A DNA stretch of 41,278 nucleotides, from IMG/VR virus record IMGVR_UViG_3300028587_000013, positions 1 through 41,278 of that record, one strand, 5' to 3'. Shown one piece after another: positions 7,608 through 16,694 of the stretch (position 1 is the first letter of the stretch; every line of letters begins with the position of its first letter). The position numbers and the translations under genes are program-made. Under the pieces are notes generated by a model. The model did no database searches. It was given only the letters and a program-made list of their open reading frames with translations, and was not told the DNA's origin. Source of the DNA: a virus. Lineage: Duplodnaviria; Caudoviricetes.

Positions 7608-8137
7608 CGGCCCGGCAGGATCTGTGAGCGCAACAGGGTCAGGTCGTAGTCCGGGTGGTCGGGGAGCAGGCCAGCGGCGTCGGGCCACACGATCTGCCAC
7701 AACGTCCACTCACGGTGGTCCTCCAACATGTGGGCGACGTTCACCGGGGCGTTCTCCTTGGCGGTGATCCGGTTGAACGACACCGGCAACTCGGCTGGCG
7801 CATCGGCGTTAGGAACCGCCCGCGGCGCGAGCACGTCGGTCGACTGGACCTGCTCCCGGGCGGGGTCGAGGATCACCGTCCCGTCGATGATCGCCTTCCG
7901 CGCCGCGCCGAGCACGCCGTGAGCGCGCACCGGGTCGAGCCCAGCAACGACCAGCTCGACGTCGTAGTCGGCCAGGCCGACCGTGTAGGTGAACGGGTTG
8001 TCACCATCCTCACCCGCCATCACCGAGATGGCCATCCAGCCGTGCTCGGCGATCTTGTCGATGATGTCCTGCATGTAGCCGGCGATGCGCCCTTGGAACT
8101 CCTCGCCGTGTCCGTTGGTTGATTGATCGGTCATCAC
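7604..8137 (-). CDS. DUF4262 family protein
   Basis: I..HGW..ISV, FTYTVGL, QIVWPD..G.LP. Confidence 0.85.
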   Translation of the reverse strand: MMTDQSTNGHGEEFQGRIAGYMQDIIDKIAEHGWMAISVMAGEDGDNPFTYTVGLADYDVELVVAGLDPVRAHGVLGAARKAIIDGTVILDPAREQVQSTDVLAPRAVPNADAPAELPVSFNRITAKENAPVNVAHMLEDHREWTLWQIVWPDAAGLLPDHPDYDLTLLRSQILPGR

Positions 8138-8170
8138 GTGCTCCTCTCGATGTGCGCTGAACCCTTCGGT

Positions 8171-8202
8171 GCGGCCCGCCGGCTGTGACTCCGGCGGGCC
8201 GC
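8171..8202. terminator. perfect 12-bp GC hairpin (terminator or processing site)
   Basis: GCGGCCCGCCGG-N8-CCGGCGGGCCGC, intergenic. Confidence 0.45.
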
Positions 8203-8234
8203 CCCTTGCCTGAACGCCTTTCTCCTCCTTTCCC

Positions 8235-8390
8235 CTAGCTGGCGATCACCACGCAGGCAGCCATGCCGTCATCGTCCCGGCCGCCCTCGACCTCGATGTC
8301 TGAGCTGCGTTCCTCCGGTCCCCATTCGATGACCACGGTCAGGTGGTCGCCGTAGTCGGCCAGCACCTCGCGCAACTCCCCGACGGTCAT
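8235..8390 (-). CDS. hypothetical protein (51 aa, not in ORF track)
   Basis: MTVGELREVLADYGDHLTVVI..., overlaps DUF932 stop. Confidence 0.7.
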   Translation of the reverse strand: MTVGELREVLADYGDHLTVVIEWGPEERSSDIEVEGGRDDDGMAACVVIAS

Positions 8391-9451
8391 CACTTCACGA
8401 CCTTGCGGATGATGTTCAACGCCCGAGCCTTCTGCGGTTCGGGTCGCAGCATCGAACGGGTCAGACGCGAGTCATCCGAGCGGACGCCCCGCACATAGTC
8501 GAGATACTCGGTCGACGCGTCGAGCAGACCGAGCGCCGTGCCCCGATGCGCCTCGCACGTCACCGCGTCGAGGTACAGGTAGCGGAACGCGTTGCGGGCC
8601 TTCGCCACGTTCGCGACGCGGCGGTCGGTGCGCAACTCCTCAGGCGGGTCGGGGATGAACTCGGCGACGAAGTGGTTGAGCGTCGCCTCATCGACCGGCA
8701 TCCCGAACAGCGCCTTGGCTAGCTCCTGCCACTCCTTCGCCTCGTCGCGCAGACCACGCAACGCCATCTTCGCATCCTCGATGCGCTCCATCGGCTTGCC
8801 GACGTGACGGAAGGAGAACTGGCGGCCGGTGCGGTCGCCTTCCTTGCTGGCCATCTGGATCGTGTTCCAGCACACCACCCGCACCTGGGTGAGCAGCACC
8901 TTGCACGCGCCCGTCCCGTCATGAGCGTTGAGGAGGGCGATGAACGGCCACGTGTCGCTGTCATCCCCGGCCACCTTGTAGGGCTCGTCGAGCTTGGCGA
9001 GCGCCCACACGTTGCGGCCCTGGCGCACGCTTCCGGCCGTCTCGAACTGTGCGCCAGCGCCGAGGATCGCCTCGATGATCTGACCCATCGACTGGTTGCC
9101 GACCAAGCCGAACTCGTCGGACACAGGGCCGAGCACCATGCCGGTATCCGGCCGCACGACCATCTTCACCTCGTTGGCGCACTCCCACTGCAACGACGGC
9201 GGAACCCACCCGGCAGCAGCTGCATCCTTCGCCCACGCTCCCGCCGAAGCGACCTGCGCGGCGACCTCGGCGTCGGCCTGTTCCTTCGTGATCGGCCGGC
9301 GCGCCGCGGCATCCCACAGCTCCGGCTCCCACATCAGCCCGGCCCACTCGCGGGCCTGCTCCCAGTCCTTCGGGTACTCGTCGGCCACCGTGCCCAGCCC
9401 ATGCCACATCGGCTTCCGGACACTGAACCCGCTCTCGAAGTACGCGGCCAT
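8390..9451 (-). CDS. DUF932 family phage/plasmid protein
   Basis: PMWHGLG, FETAGSV..G..VW, NAHDGTG, RVVC.NT, FRH; true start MAAYFESG after GAGAGGAG. Confidence 0.9.
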   Translation of the reverse strand: MAAYFESGFSVRKPMWHGLGTVADEYPKDWEQAREWAGLMWEPELWDAAARRPITKEQADAEVAAQVASAGAWAKDAAAAGWVPPSLQWECANEVKMVVRPDTGMVLGPVSDEFGLVGNQSMGQIIEAILGAGAQFETAGSVRQGRNVWALAKLDEPYKVAGDDSDTWPFIALLNAHDGTGACKVLLTQVRVVCWNTIQMASKEGDRTGRQFSFRHVGKPMERIEDAKMALRGLRDEAKEWQELAKALFGMPVDEATLNHFVAEFIPDPPEELRTDRRVANVAKARNAFRYLYLDAVTCEAHRGTALGLLDASTEYLDYVRGVRSDDSRLTRSMLRPEPQKARALNIIRKVVK

Positions 9452-9497
9452 CGTTGACTCCTCTCGATGCTCCCGGACCACCCAGGGGCTAGACCCC

Positions 9498-9526
9498 AGC
9501 CTAGACCCTGGGTGTAACGGTGTCAT
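9498..9526 (-). promoter_or_regulatory. sigma70/HrdB-like promoter
   Basis: ATGACA-N17-TAGGCT upstream of DUF932. Confidence 0.7.
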
Positions 9527-9553
9527 GCCCAGGCCGGTGACCAGGGCATGTGG

Positions 9554-10243
9554 CTACTTGTGCTTGAAGTTGGTGGTGACCTCCCGGCGGCGGCCGTTCA
9601 CCTTCGGCGGCGCACCGCTCGACGTGGCGAGCCGGTCGATCACCTCACCGATCGTCACGCCCTGCTCGTAGGCGACCTTCCGCAACCGGGCGTCGGTCTC
9701 GATCAGCACCATCGCATCGCGGAGCGATACCCGCTCCGGGGCCCGCTTCCCCGGCCGCGACGGGGCGGTTTCGACGACGTTCGGCGGTGACTCCACCCTC
9801 GGCGCCAGGTGAGCGGTGGTGTCAATCGGGGCAGCTTCACCCGTTTCGCGTTTGCCCTGCTCAGGGCTAAAGCGCGTCTGACGCGCTTTACCTTCTACCT
9901 GGCCTTTCGTGTTTTGGGCCTTGATCGCCTTCCCCGCCCGCTGCTGGCCCGCCGACTTCGCATCCGGCGGCTCGAGCTGGAACATCTCCTGAGCGTGCGT
10001 CCGCCACCTCGTCAACGTCTGCGGGGTGACCGAGAACATCGTCACCGCGTCGGGGAGAGTCTTGGCGTGGTAGGAGCCGGGCCGGTTGCGCAGCTCCCAG
10101 TAGAGCAGCAGGCCGACCGCCTCGCGGACGTCTGACGCGACGCGGCCGAGGCGGTCCCACCATTCATCGACCGCGTCGGCGGTGAGGGTGGGGAGCAGGT
10201 CGGCGGTGATGGTTTCGATCGGGCGGGTTGGCAGGTTAGGCAT
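9554..10243 (-). CDS. putative DNA-binding protein (HTH-like, C-terminal RHH-like)
   Basis: LPDAVTMFSVTPQTLTRWR; ARLRKVAYEQGVTIGEVIDRL. Confidence 0.6.
   Translation of the reverse strand: MPNLPTRPIETITADLLPTLTADAVDEWWDRLGRVASDVREAVGLLLYWELRNRPGSYHAKTLPDAVTMFSVTPQTLTRWRTHAQEMFQLEPPDAKSAGQQRAGKAIKAQNTKGQVEGKARQTRFSPEQGKRETGEAAPIDTTAHLAPRVESPPNVVETAPSRPGKRAPERVSLRDAMVLIETDARLRKVAYEQGVTIGEVIDRLATSSGAPPKVNGRRREVTTNFKHK
9844..9914 (-). repeat. 71-bp palindrome/direct-repeat element, copy 1 (inside CDS)
   Basis: Minus strand AAACACGAAA-GGCCAGGT-N35 (central TAAAGCGCGTC-A-GACGCGCTTTA)-AGCAGGGC-AAACGCGAAA. Confidence 0.8.
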
Positions 10244-10454
10244 CGGCGTTCTCCTTCTGTGCTTCTGTGTTTCCGTGGACTTCTTGGTCGTGGGCCTTGC
10301 GGGCGATGTAGCACCACTTCTCGGCGATGTCCCACCGGCCGCCAGCAGCAGCGTCCTCGACGGGGACGGCGGCGACCGGGCCGCACTCCGGACACATCGC
10401 GACGAACATGAGCGTCCGTTCTCCGAGGTCGAGGGTGAGCTGAGCGATCATCAT
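10236..10454 (-). CDS. hypothetical zinc-binding protein
   Basis: CPECG...H...H. Confidence 0.65.
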   Translation of the reverse strand: MMIAQLTLDLGERTLMFVAMCPECGPVAAVPVEDAAAGGRWDIAEKWCYIARKAHDQEVHGNTEAQKENADA

Positions 10455-10717
10455 CGGAGCACCTCCACGGCCGTCGCCCGGACGCCCAGGATGGTCAGGT
10501 TGGTCGGGCCGGGGATGCCGAGCAGCTCCGCGGCCTTGAACGCGGCGGCGGTGTGGGCATCAGTCCAGCCGCCAGCCTCCACGAGCACGCCGACCAGGAC
10601 ATGCCCGCAGGCGCCGCGGCGGAACAGGGAGCACGGCACCACCTCCCGCATGAGCATGTGCAACTCACCCATGCGGTCCGGGCTGGCCACCATCCACTGC
10701 GGGCAGTCGCACGCCAT
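10451..10717 (-). CDS. hypothetical protein
   Basis: Start MACDC overlapping helicase stop. Confidence 0.6.
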   Translation of the reverse strand: MACDCPQWMVASPDRMGELHMLMREVVPCSLFRRGACGHVLVGVLVEAGGWTDAHTAAAFKAAELLGIPGPTNLTILGVRATAVEVLR

Positions 10718-12338
10718 CAGACGACCTTCGTCCGGCGGGCGATCTGCGCGTCCATCGCGTCGGATAGTTGCCCGGCGTTCCACGTCGGGTCGACGCGCAG
10801 CTTCCACTTCTTCGCTGCCCACAACGCCTTGTCCGTCGGTGGCCGTAGACGCCACGCGGCATCCGCCCGGTGGAACGCAGCCACCCCCGAATGCTGGCGG
10901 ACGTAGTCCTCAGCGATGCCCTGGGCGAACTCCAACTCGACGTTGCGCGCCAGGATGCGCACGCCCGCCTTCTCGCGGGTCACCTTCACACCCCAGTCAC
11001 CTTCGGGTAGCCGCTTGATCACGACCCACTCGCGCGACTTGTCAGAACGTGTCACCGACCGGAGGTACGTCTTCGGGTTCTCCGACGCGAGCACCCAGGC
11101 GATCTGCTGGCGGCGCATCTGCCGGAACAGGTCCACCTCCTTCGCGGTGATCGCACCGGCAGCGGCGAGGCGGGCCAGCTCCTTCTCCTGGGCCTCCAAC
11201 ACGCCGACCGTCTCGACGTCGTCCTTGTCGACGCCGAACAGCGACGCCAACGTCACGAGGGTCATCGAGTCGGACACACCCACGACGTCGAGGACGAGAC
11301 AGTCGTCCTTGTCCGGATGGCGGCGCGTGCCCCTCCCGACCATCTGCACGTACAAGCTCTGGCTCTTCGTCGGGCGGCCGACGATGATGCAATCGGTCCG
11401 CGGATCGTCAAAGCCTTCGGTCAACACCATGCAGTTGGAGACGACGTCGATGGTGCCGAGCTCGTAGTCGCGCAACACCCGCCGCCGGTCGTCCAGGTCC
11501 ATCGCCCCCCACACCATCTCCGCTCGCACCCCACGGCGGCGTAGCGCGTCGCGGGTCTGCTCGGCCGTCTCGACGGTCGGGGTGAACGCCAGGGCGTGAC
11601 GGCCGGTCGCGTGTTCGACGTACGCCTGGGCGATGCGGTCAGGGACGTCGGCCGCTTCCATCGCCTCCCCCGCTGAGCCGGCGTTGTAGTCGCCGTGCGA
11701 CGTCTTCACTTTCGACAGGTCCAGGTCGGTTGAGATGCGCAGGCCCTTCATGTCGCAGAGGAACCCGGCCTGCATCCCCCACAACATCGGGTACTCGAAC
11801 ACGACTTCGTTGAACACGTCATCGAGGCGGACCCGGTCGCCGCGCTGCGGCGTCGCGGTCACTCCCAACAGGACGGGGCCGTGCGGTGTGCCCGCCTGGA
11901 GGGCGTCGAGGATCGCCCGGTACGTATCGGCGGCGGTGTGGTGGGCCTCGTCCACGACGACCAGACCGAACGGGCCGGCCGGGAGGTAGCCGTCGACTGT
12001 CTCCCCGATGAGGTGAGCGAGACGCTTCGGGCGGGCCAGCGTTTGGACGGAGGCGATCACCACCTGCGCGGCGACCTCATCCCGGTCGGCTTTGACAACG
12101 CCGATGTTCGCGTCGGGCCACACCCGGCGCACCTTGTCGACGGCCTGGGCGATCAGCTCGTCGCGGTGGGCGAGGATCAGCGTGCGGCACCCCCACCGTT
12201 CGGCGAGCGCGGCGAAGATGATCGTTTTCCCAGGCCGGTTGCCGCGACGCCCATCTGCGACATCACCCCCCGGGCGCGTGCGGCCTCGATCTTGTCGAGC
12301 GCTTCCAACTGGTAGGGGCGTAGCTCGATCGCGGTCAC
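10717..12338 (-). CDS. SF2 DEAD/DEAH-box helicase, requires a -1 frameshift at 12225-12231
   Basis: LRPYQ Q-motif and ATGLGK in one frame; GKT, DEAH, TATP, LTEGFD, QMVGRGTR in the -1 frame. Confidence 0.9.
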
Positions 12339-12490
12339 AGGATCGTCCCTCGCTCAACTAGAGCGCGGCGCACCGCCATGATCGCCGACTCCATGTTCTC
12401 GATCGTCGTCTCGATGCGAACGTCGAGGTCGCGTCCATCCGTGCACAGGCACAGGTAGTGCTCGTGCAGCTTCGGTGGTTGGGTGGTCAT
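12335..12490 (-). CDS. hypothetical protein (51 aa, not in ORF track)
   Basis: GAGAGGAG RBS; TGA overlaps the helicase GTG. Confidence 0.65.
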   Translation of the reverse strand: MTTQPPKLHEHYLCLCTDGRDLDVRIETTIENMESAIMAVRRALVERGTIL

Positions 12491-12494
12491 TGCT

Positions 12495-12529
12495 CTCCTC
12501 TCATGGCAACCAGGGTCCGATGATCGCCG
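12495..12529. repeat. direct repeat flanking the MTase, downstream copy
   Basis: 33/35 identical to 13333-13367 (24-bp exact core). Confidence 0.9.
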
Positions 12530-12532
12530 CGG

Positions 12533-13327
12533 TCATGCGAAGTCCAGCGTCGCCTGAGCCAACCGGTTCACGGCTAGTTCGCAGTACCGCTCTGAGCGGT
12601 CGATCCCGATGGCAGGCACGCCCGCATCGACCGCAGCCCGCAACGTCGTGCCCACGCCCATGAAGGGATCGAGGATGGGCCCGACGATGCTGGCCGCGTT
12701 GATAGCTCGGGCCGGTAGGCCGATCGGGAAGGGGCAGGGGTGGCCGTGGCCGTCGCGGTCGGCATGGACGCGCCACACGTCTCCGATGGAGCTGGCAGCA
12801 CGGTCTTTCAGTCGAAAGGTGGGACGGGCAAGTACCACAATCCACTCGCAGGTGGGGACGAACGCCTGCTGGGTGTATGCCTGGCCCCGTTCGACGCGAT
12901 CCCAAATGATGACCTGGCGAACAGGGAGGTCGGGGGGCACGATGTCGAGCGGCGTACGGTAGAAGCCAGCCTGACTCCGGGGCTTGTGGTTGTAGAAGAT
13001 CGCGCCGCCAGTGGCAAGCGTGTCCCAGCAGGCATGAAGGACCCGGCGCTGCCAGGCGATGTAGTCGGCCTGGAGCATGGCGTCGTCGTGCTCGTCGTAA
13101 CTAGCCGTCAGACGGTTAGCTGCCGCGCCATGGCGCGAGCGGGAACGGCGGTCGTGCATCGTCTCAACGGGCACGTCATCCAGGCCCATCCCCAAGTTGT
13201 AGGGCGGTGACGTGAATACCAGGCCGATGTCGTGCAGGTCGTGCAGGACCGTTTCACAGTCAGCATGATGGATCGTGGCCATGCCATCCTCGTGGTAGGG
13301 CATCGGCGGTGGTGTCTTATCGGTCAT
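12533..13327 (-). CDS. beta-class N4-cytosine/N6-adenine DNA methyltransferase
   Basis: TSPPY catalytic motif, HPCPFP, ILDPFMGVGTT SAM motif. Confidence 0.92.
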   Translation of the reverse strand: MTDKTPPPMPYHEDGMATIHHADCETVLHDLHDIGLVFTSPPYNLGMGLDDVPVETMHDRRSRSRHGAAANRLTASYDEHDDAMLQADYIAWQRRVLHACWDTLATGGAIFYNHKPRSQAGFYRTPLDIVPPDLPVRQVIIWDRVERGQAYTQQAFVPTCEWIVVLARPTFRLKDRAASSIGDVWRVHADRDGHGHPCPFPIGLPARAINAASIVGPILDPFMGVGTTLRAAVDAGVPAIGIDRSERYCELAVNRLAQATLDFA

Positions 13328-13332
13328 TGGTG

Positions 13333-13367
13333 CTCCTCTCATGGCAACCAGGGTCCAATGATGGCCG
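13333..13367. repeat. direct repeat flanking the MTase, upstream copy
   Basis: 3' end of the VRR-NUC gene plus RBS. Confidence 0.9.
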
Positions 13368-13794
13368 GGTCCGACCAGGGACACGGCGGTCGTTCTCTCG
13401 GGCGTAGATAGTTCAGAACCTCCTCCAACGTGACGACACCGACGCGCCACACGAACACCTCAACCCCGCAGAGACGCAGGGCGTTGAGCGTGTCGATCTG
13501 ACCGGGCCGATACTTGCGGCCGTCCTTCGTCCACGAGCCCTTGGTCAGCTTGCCGGTGAGGCCCTTGAACTCGACGCGCACCTCGCGAGGCGGGCGGAGG
13601 AACGTGTCATCGACCATGCCCGTGTTCGACGTCTGTGAGAACCCGCCGTGCGGTTTGCGGACGTTGCCGGCATGCCAGTGCCACCAGCCGAACAGTTCCT
13701 CGGCGCCCTGCTCGACGTGGCGGCGGAACGTGTCCTCGGTCTGCGGGCCACCGTAGGCGAGCTTGATCAGTTCGGCGTAGGTCAGGCCAGCCAT
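13339..13794 (-). CDS. VRR-NUC / PD-(D/E)XK nuclease
   Basis: TE..F, GMVD, VEFK..TGKLT, Q...L..L....VFVWR. Confidence 0.8.
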   Translation of the reverse strand: MAGLTYAELIKLAYGGPQTEDTFRRHVEQGAEELFGWWHWHAGNVRKPHGGFSQTSNTGMVDDTFLRPPREVRVEFKGLTGKLTKGSWTKDGRKYRPGQIDTLNALRLCGVEVFVWRVGVVTLEEVLNYLRPRERPPCPWSDPAIIGPWLP

Positions 13795-14054
13795 TCGGGC
13801 ACCTCCTCCCACCCCTCCAAGTGCAGGCCGAGAGCGCGCGCCTTCAACGAATGGCCGGTCACCCAAGCGTGGTGGGCCGTACACAGCAGGACGCCGTTGT
13901 GCGGGTTGACCTTCTCAGCGGCAGTGCATTGCGACCGGTTCTTGAGGTGGTTCACCTCGGGGATACCCCAGCACGCGATGTCGGGGAGGAGGTCGACTCC
14001 TTGGCAGCGGCCGTCGCGCTCGCGGACGATGCGCCGGAACGTCGCGGGTGTCAT
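13782..14054 (-). CDS. HNH endonuclease
   Basis: RERDGRCQ..C..EVNH...NGVLLCTAHH. Confidence 0.8.
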   Translation of the reverse strand: MTPATFRRIVRERDGRCQGVDLLPDIACWGIPEVNHLKNRSQCTAAEKVNPHNGVLLCTAHHAWVTGHSLKARALGLHLEGWEEVPEWLA

Positions 14055-14290
14055 CTGACGATCTCGTCGGGGCCGTGGCGCATGAGGGCGGCCATGCGTT
14101 GACGGACCGCGGTTTCCAAGTCCCAGCCCATCGCCTCGGCGGTGACCCACGTCGCGACGTTGAGCACAGCCAGGTCGTCTAGGTCGTCGCCGGCGAGCGC
14201 GCTTACCTGTGCGGCCATGCCTGGGTCGGTGGCGCAGATGACCCGGGCGTAGTAGCGGAAGTCGTGAGCGGTCAGAACTGGTTGGTCCAT
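14051..14290 (-). CDS. hypothetical protein
   Basis: Overlap-coupled ORF. Confidence 0.7.
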   Translation of the reverse strand: MDQPVLTAHDFRYYARVICATDPGMAAQVSALAGDDLDDLAVLNVATWVTAEAMGWDLETAVRQRMAALMRHGPDEIVR

Positions 14291-15537
14291 CAGAAGTCCT
14301 CCTGTCCGAAGCCGGGCATGCCGTCATCCCAGTACGGATCCCACGACCACGGCTTCGAGTAGCGGTCGAGCGCCGTCGGCCACTTCCTCTCATCGCGATC
14401 CCCACGGAACCACGACAGGTTGTGCCGCTTCGGGTTCTCCTCGTCGGGGGCGAGCGCGATCCCGAAGTCCGGCCACCGCTGCCACACCGACGACCCGAAC
14501 GGACGTAGCACGCGGTTGCCACGACCATCGACCGCGTGCGGGGCGTGTGTTTCCAGGATGATCGCCAGCCCGAACCGTGAACAGAGCCGATCGAAGATGT
14601 GCGCCAACTCGCGGGCCTGGTTCTCGCCGCCGATGTCACCCTTCGGTGCCGCCCGGTGCGCCTGGTACAGCGGGCCCAGGCAGAGCAGCTCGGCCGGATG
14701 CTCGGCGAGCTGGCGGGCGAGGAACGCGCCGCCGTCAGCGATCAGGTCGAGGCCGCCAGGTCGGGACACCCACCGCAACCGACCGTCGTCATGGACCCCG
14801 GCAGCGTCGGCCAGCCGGGCAACGCGACGGGCGACAGACTGGGCGCCCAACTCCAAGTCGATGTAGAGCGTGCGGACCGGCGGCACCTTGCGCAGCGTCC
14901 ACGGATGCACCCCGACCGCCGCTTGGAGCGCGAGCTGCACGAGCAGCTCCGTCTTGCCTGCCCCTTCGGTGGCGGTGATCAGGAGGCGGTTGCCGCGCTC
15001 CAGGAAGTCGGGCACCACCCAGTCGTACGGGCGGCCCGCGGCGCGGGCGTCCTCGACGGTGAACGACGGGTCGGTGGCCGACACGTCCGGTTCGGCCAGG
15101 ACCTCCTCCGCTTCCGCCCGCCCTTCGGGGATGGGCACACCGTCAGCGAGGTGGGTGGTCGCTCCGGACAGACCTTCGACGAGGCGGATGCGTTCCCGGC
15201 GGGCGACGACCTCGCGGGCGACAGCGATCGCCGCCTCGACGCCGTAGCAGTAGCTCCACGCCCACCGCACATCATCCGGGTCGACGTCGGCCATGCGGGC
15301 GACGATCTCGGCCTCCAACGGCAGCTTCTCGTCGCGCTCATGCGCGGCCCGGCCCGTCTCCCACAGCGCCGCCATCGTCGGACTGGTGAACATCGCGGCG
15401 GTCAGGCCGGAGGCGAACAGCCGCTCGAAGCGGCGTCGATCATCGACGGTGCCTCGGGGCATGCACAGCAGAGCGCCGACGATGCCCGCCTCCTCCTCGG
15501 CGGGTGGTGCGATGGTGGTCGTGGTCGGCTCGGTCAT
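14290..15537 (-). CDS. DnaB-like / AAA_25 replicative helicase
   Basis: AEEEAGIVGALL N-terminus; ATEGAGKT Walker A; YIDLE; ETH; RPFGSS. Confidence 0.85.
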   Translation of the reverse strand: MTEPTTTTIAPPAEEEAGIVGALLCMPRGTVDDRRRFERLFASGLTAAMFTSPTMAALWETGRAAHERDEKLPLEAEIVARMADVDPDDVRWAWSYCYGVEAAIAVAREVVARRERIRLVEGLSGATTHLADGVPIPEGRAEAEEVLAEPDVSATDPSFTVEDARAAGRPYDWVVPDFLERGNRLLITATEGAGKTELLVQLALQAAVGVHPWTLRKVPPVRTLYIDLELGAQSVARRVARLADAAGVHDDGRLRWVSRPGGLDLIADGGAFLARQLAEHPAELLCLGPLYQAHRAAPKGDIGGENQARELAHIFDRLCSRFGLAIILETHAPHAVDGRGNRVLRPFGSSVWQRWPDFGIALAPDEENPKRHNLSWFRGDRDERKWPTALDRYSKPWSWDPYWDDGMPGFGQEDF

Positions 15538-16295
15538 GTCGCCTCTCGTTCGCGTTGGAGGATCGCTTCACGGTTGAGTGCTTGGAGTCGCTGGATGCGG
15601 TCATGCTCGGTGAGCCGTCCTGGTGCGGCCTTGCCTGCCGGTTGGAATCTGCCGGTGCGGTAGTTGCCACACCACGTCCGCCACGCGGCTGGCCATGACG
15701 CCATCAGCGAACCCTTCGCCTCGTGGTGGCTGCGGAACTGCCCCCACTCGTGGCGGCGGGTGCGCTCATCCATGCCCGCCTTCGTCGCCACCTCCAGCTC
15801 GTCAGCTCCTGGTGTCCAGTCGGCGGGGAACGCCGTTCGCGCGCGTGTCTTGGGTTTCACTACAGGCTTGGAAGGAGAATCAGTTGTCTCTTCAAGATCA
15901 AGTGAAGGGACTATGGATAGTGATGGTTCTTGCGCGGTACTGGAGTACCTCAGGTACTCGGGTACCTCTGGTACTGGAGTTCCTGTGGTGACCAGCGGTA
16001 CTCCAGTACCAGTGGTGAAGTTGACGAGGTAGACCCAAACGCTGAGAGTGCCGTCGTCGCGGCGGCGCCGCTCGTGCTTGGTGACCAGGCCCATCTCCTC
16101 CAGCCGGTCGATGTGTTTGCGGACGATGCGCTCACCGAGCTTCGTCATGCGTCCGATGCGGGCCACGCTCGGCCAGCACACCCGCGGGTCATCGTCGTCA
16201 CCACCGGTCGCGTCGGCGAGGGCGAGCAGGACGAGCCGTTGCCCGGACGACTCGGTGTCCTGCTCCCATGCCCACGTCGTTGCCTTGAAGCTCAC
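15534..16295 (-). CDS. phage replication initiator (N-terminal HTH)
   Basis: LVLLALAD..CWPSVARI...V...IDRLEEMGLV; C-terminal W.AAWRTW; internal iterons. Confidence 0.85.
   Translation of the reverse strand: MSFKATTWAWEQDTESSGQRLVLLALADATGGDDDDPRVCWPSVARIGRMTKLGERIVRKHIDRLEEMGLVTKHERRRRDDGTLSVWVYLVNFTTGTGVPLVTTGTPVPEVPEYLRYSSTAQEPSLSIVPSLDLEETTDSPSKPVVKPKTRARTAFPADWTPGADELEVATKAGMDERTRRHEWGQFRSHHEAKGSLMASWPAAWRTWCGNYRTGRFQPAGKAAPGRLTEHDRIQRLQALNREAILQREREAT
15936..16010. repeat. four 14-bp palindromic iterons, putative replication origin
   Basis: GGTACTnnRGTWCC at 15936, 15953, 15970, 15997 next to an AT-richer tract (~15850-15930). Confidence 0.8.
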
Positions 16296-16456
16296 GAGTC
16301 GACCAGCCGTCGGTCATGGAAGAACACGTCATTGCATGCCCGCGTGAACGCCTCATCCGCTGCAGCGGTGAACCGGTCGTGCATGTTGACGTGGTGACAG
16401 TTGGGGTCGGCGAGCAGCGTGCGTGCCGCCTCGTACAACTGTGCTTCGACTGTCAT
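16292..16456 (-). CDS. hypothetical protein (54 aa, not in ORF track)
   Basis: MTVEAQLYEAAR..., GAGAGGAG RBS, GTGA overlap. Confidence 0.65.
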   Translation of the reverse strand: MTVEAQLYEAARTLLADPNCHHVNMHDRFTAAADEAFTRACNDVFFHDRRLVDS

Positions 16457-16511
16457 TGGTGTACTCCTCTCTTGGCTACGCCTGGGGCCTTCCCTCAGGC
16501 GCGGGCTAACG

Positions 16512-16694
16512 CTATTCCCGCGCGCCGCGGCGTGGGTCCATACCCTCTGAACTGGCGAACCCCGGCCGAACCTGTCCGCACGCGCATCGGCAGGCGCCTT
16601 CGTGGCGGTCGGGGAGGTCGCACACGTGGATGACGCGACCGAGTCCGGTGTACGGGTAGGACTGGCCGATCCAGCCCGGCGACAGACAGCTCAC
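16512..16694 (-). CDS. small Cys/His protein
   Basis: HVC...HEG.CRCACG. Confidence 0.6.
   Translation of the reverse strand: MSCLSPGWIGQSYPYTGLGRVIHVCDLPDRHEGACRCACGQVRPGFASSEGMDPRRGARE

Noticed and set aside
9844-9914. parS or dif identity for the 71-bp element
   Set aside because: Does not match the GTTTCACGTGAAAC parS palindrome or the 28-bp dif layout
12339-12357. ORF-track N-terminus of the helicase (MSEGRSCDR...)
   Set aside because: Lacks the Q-motif and first half of Walker A, which lie in another frame starting at 12338
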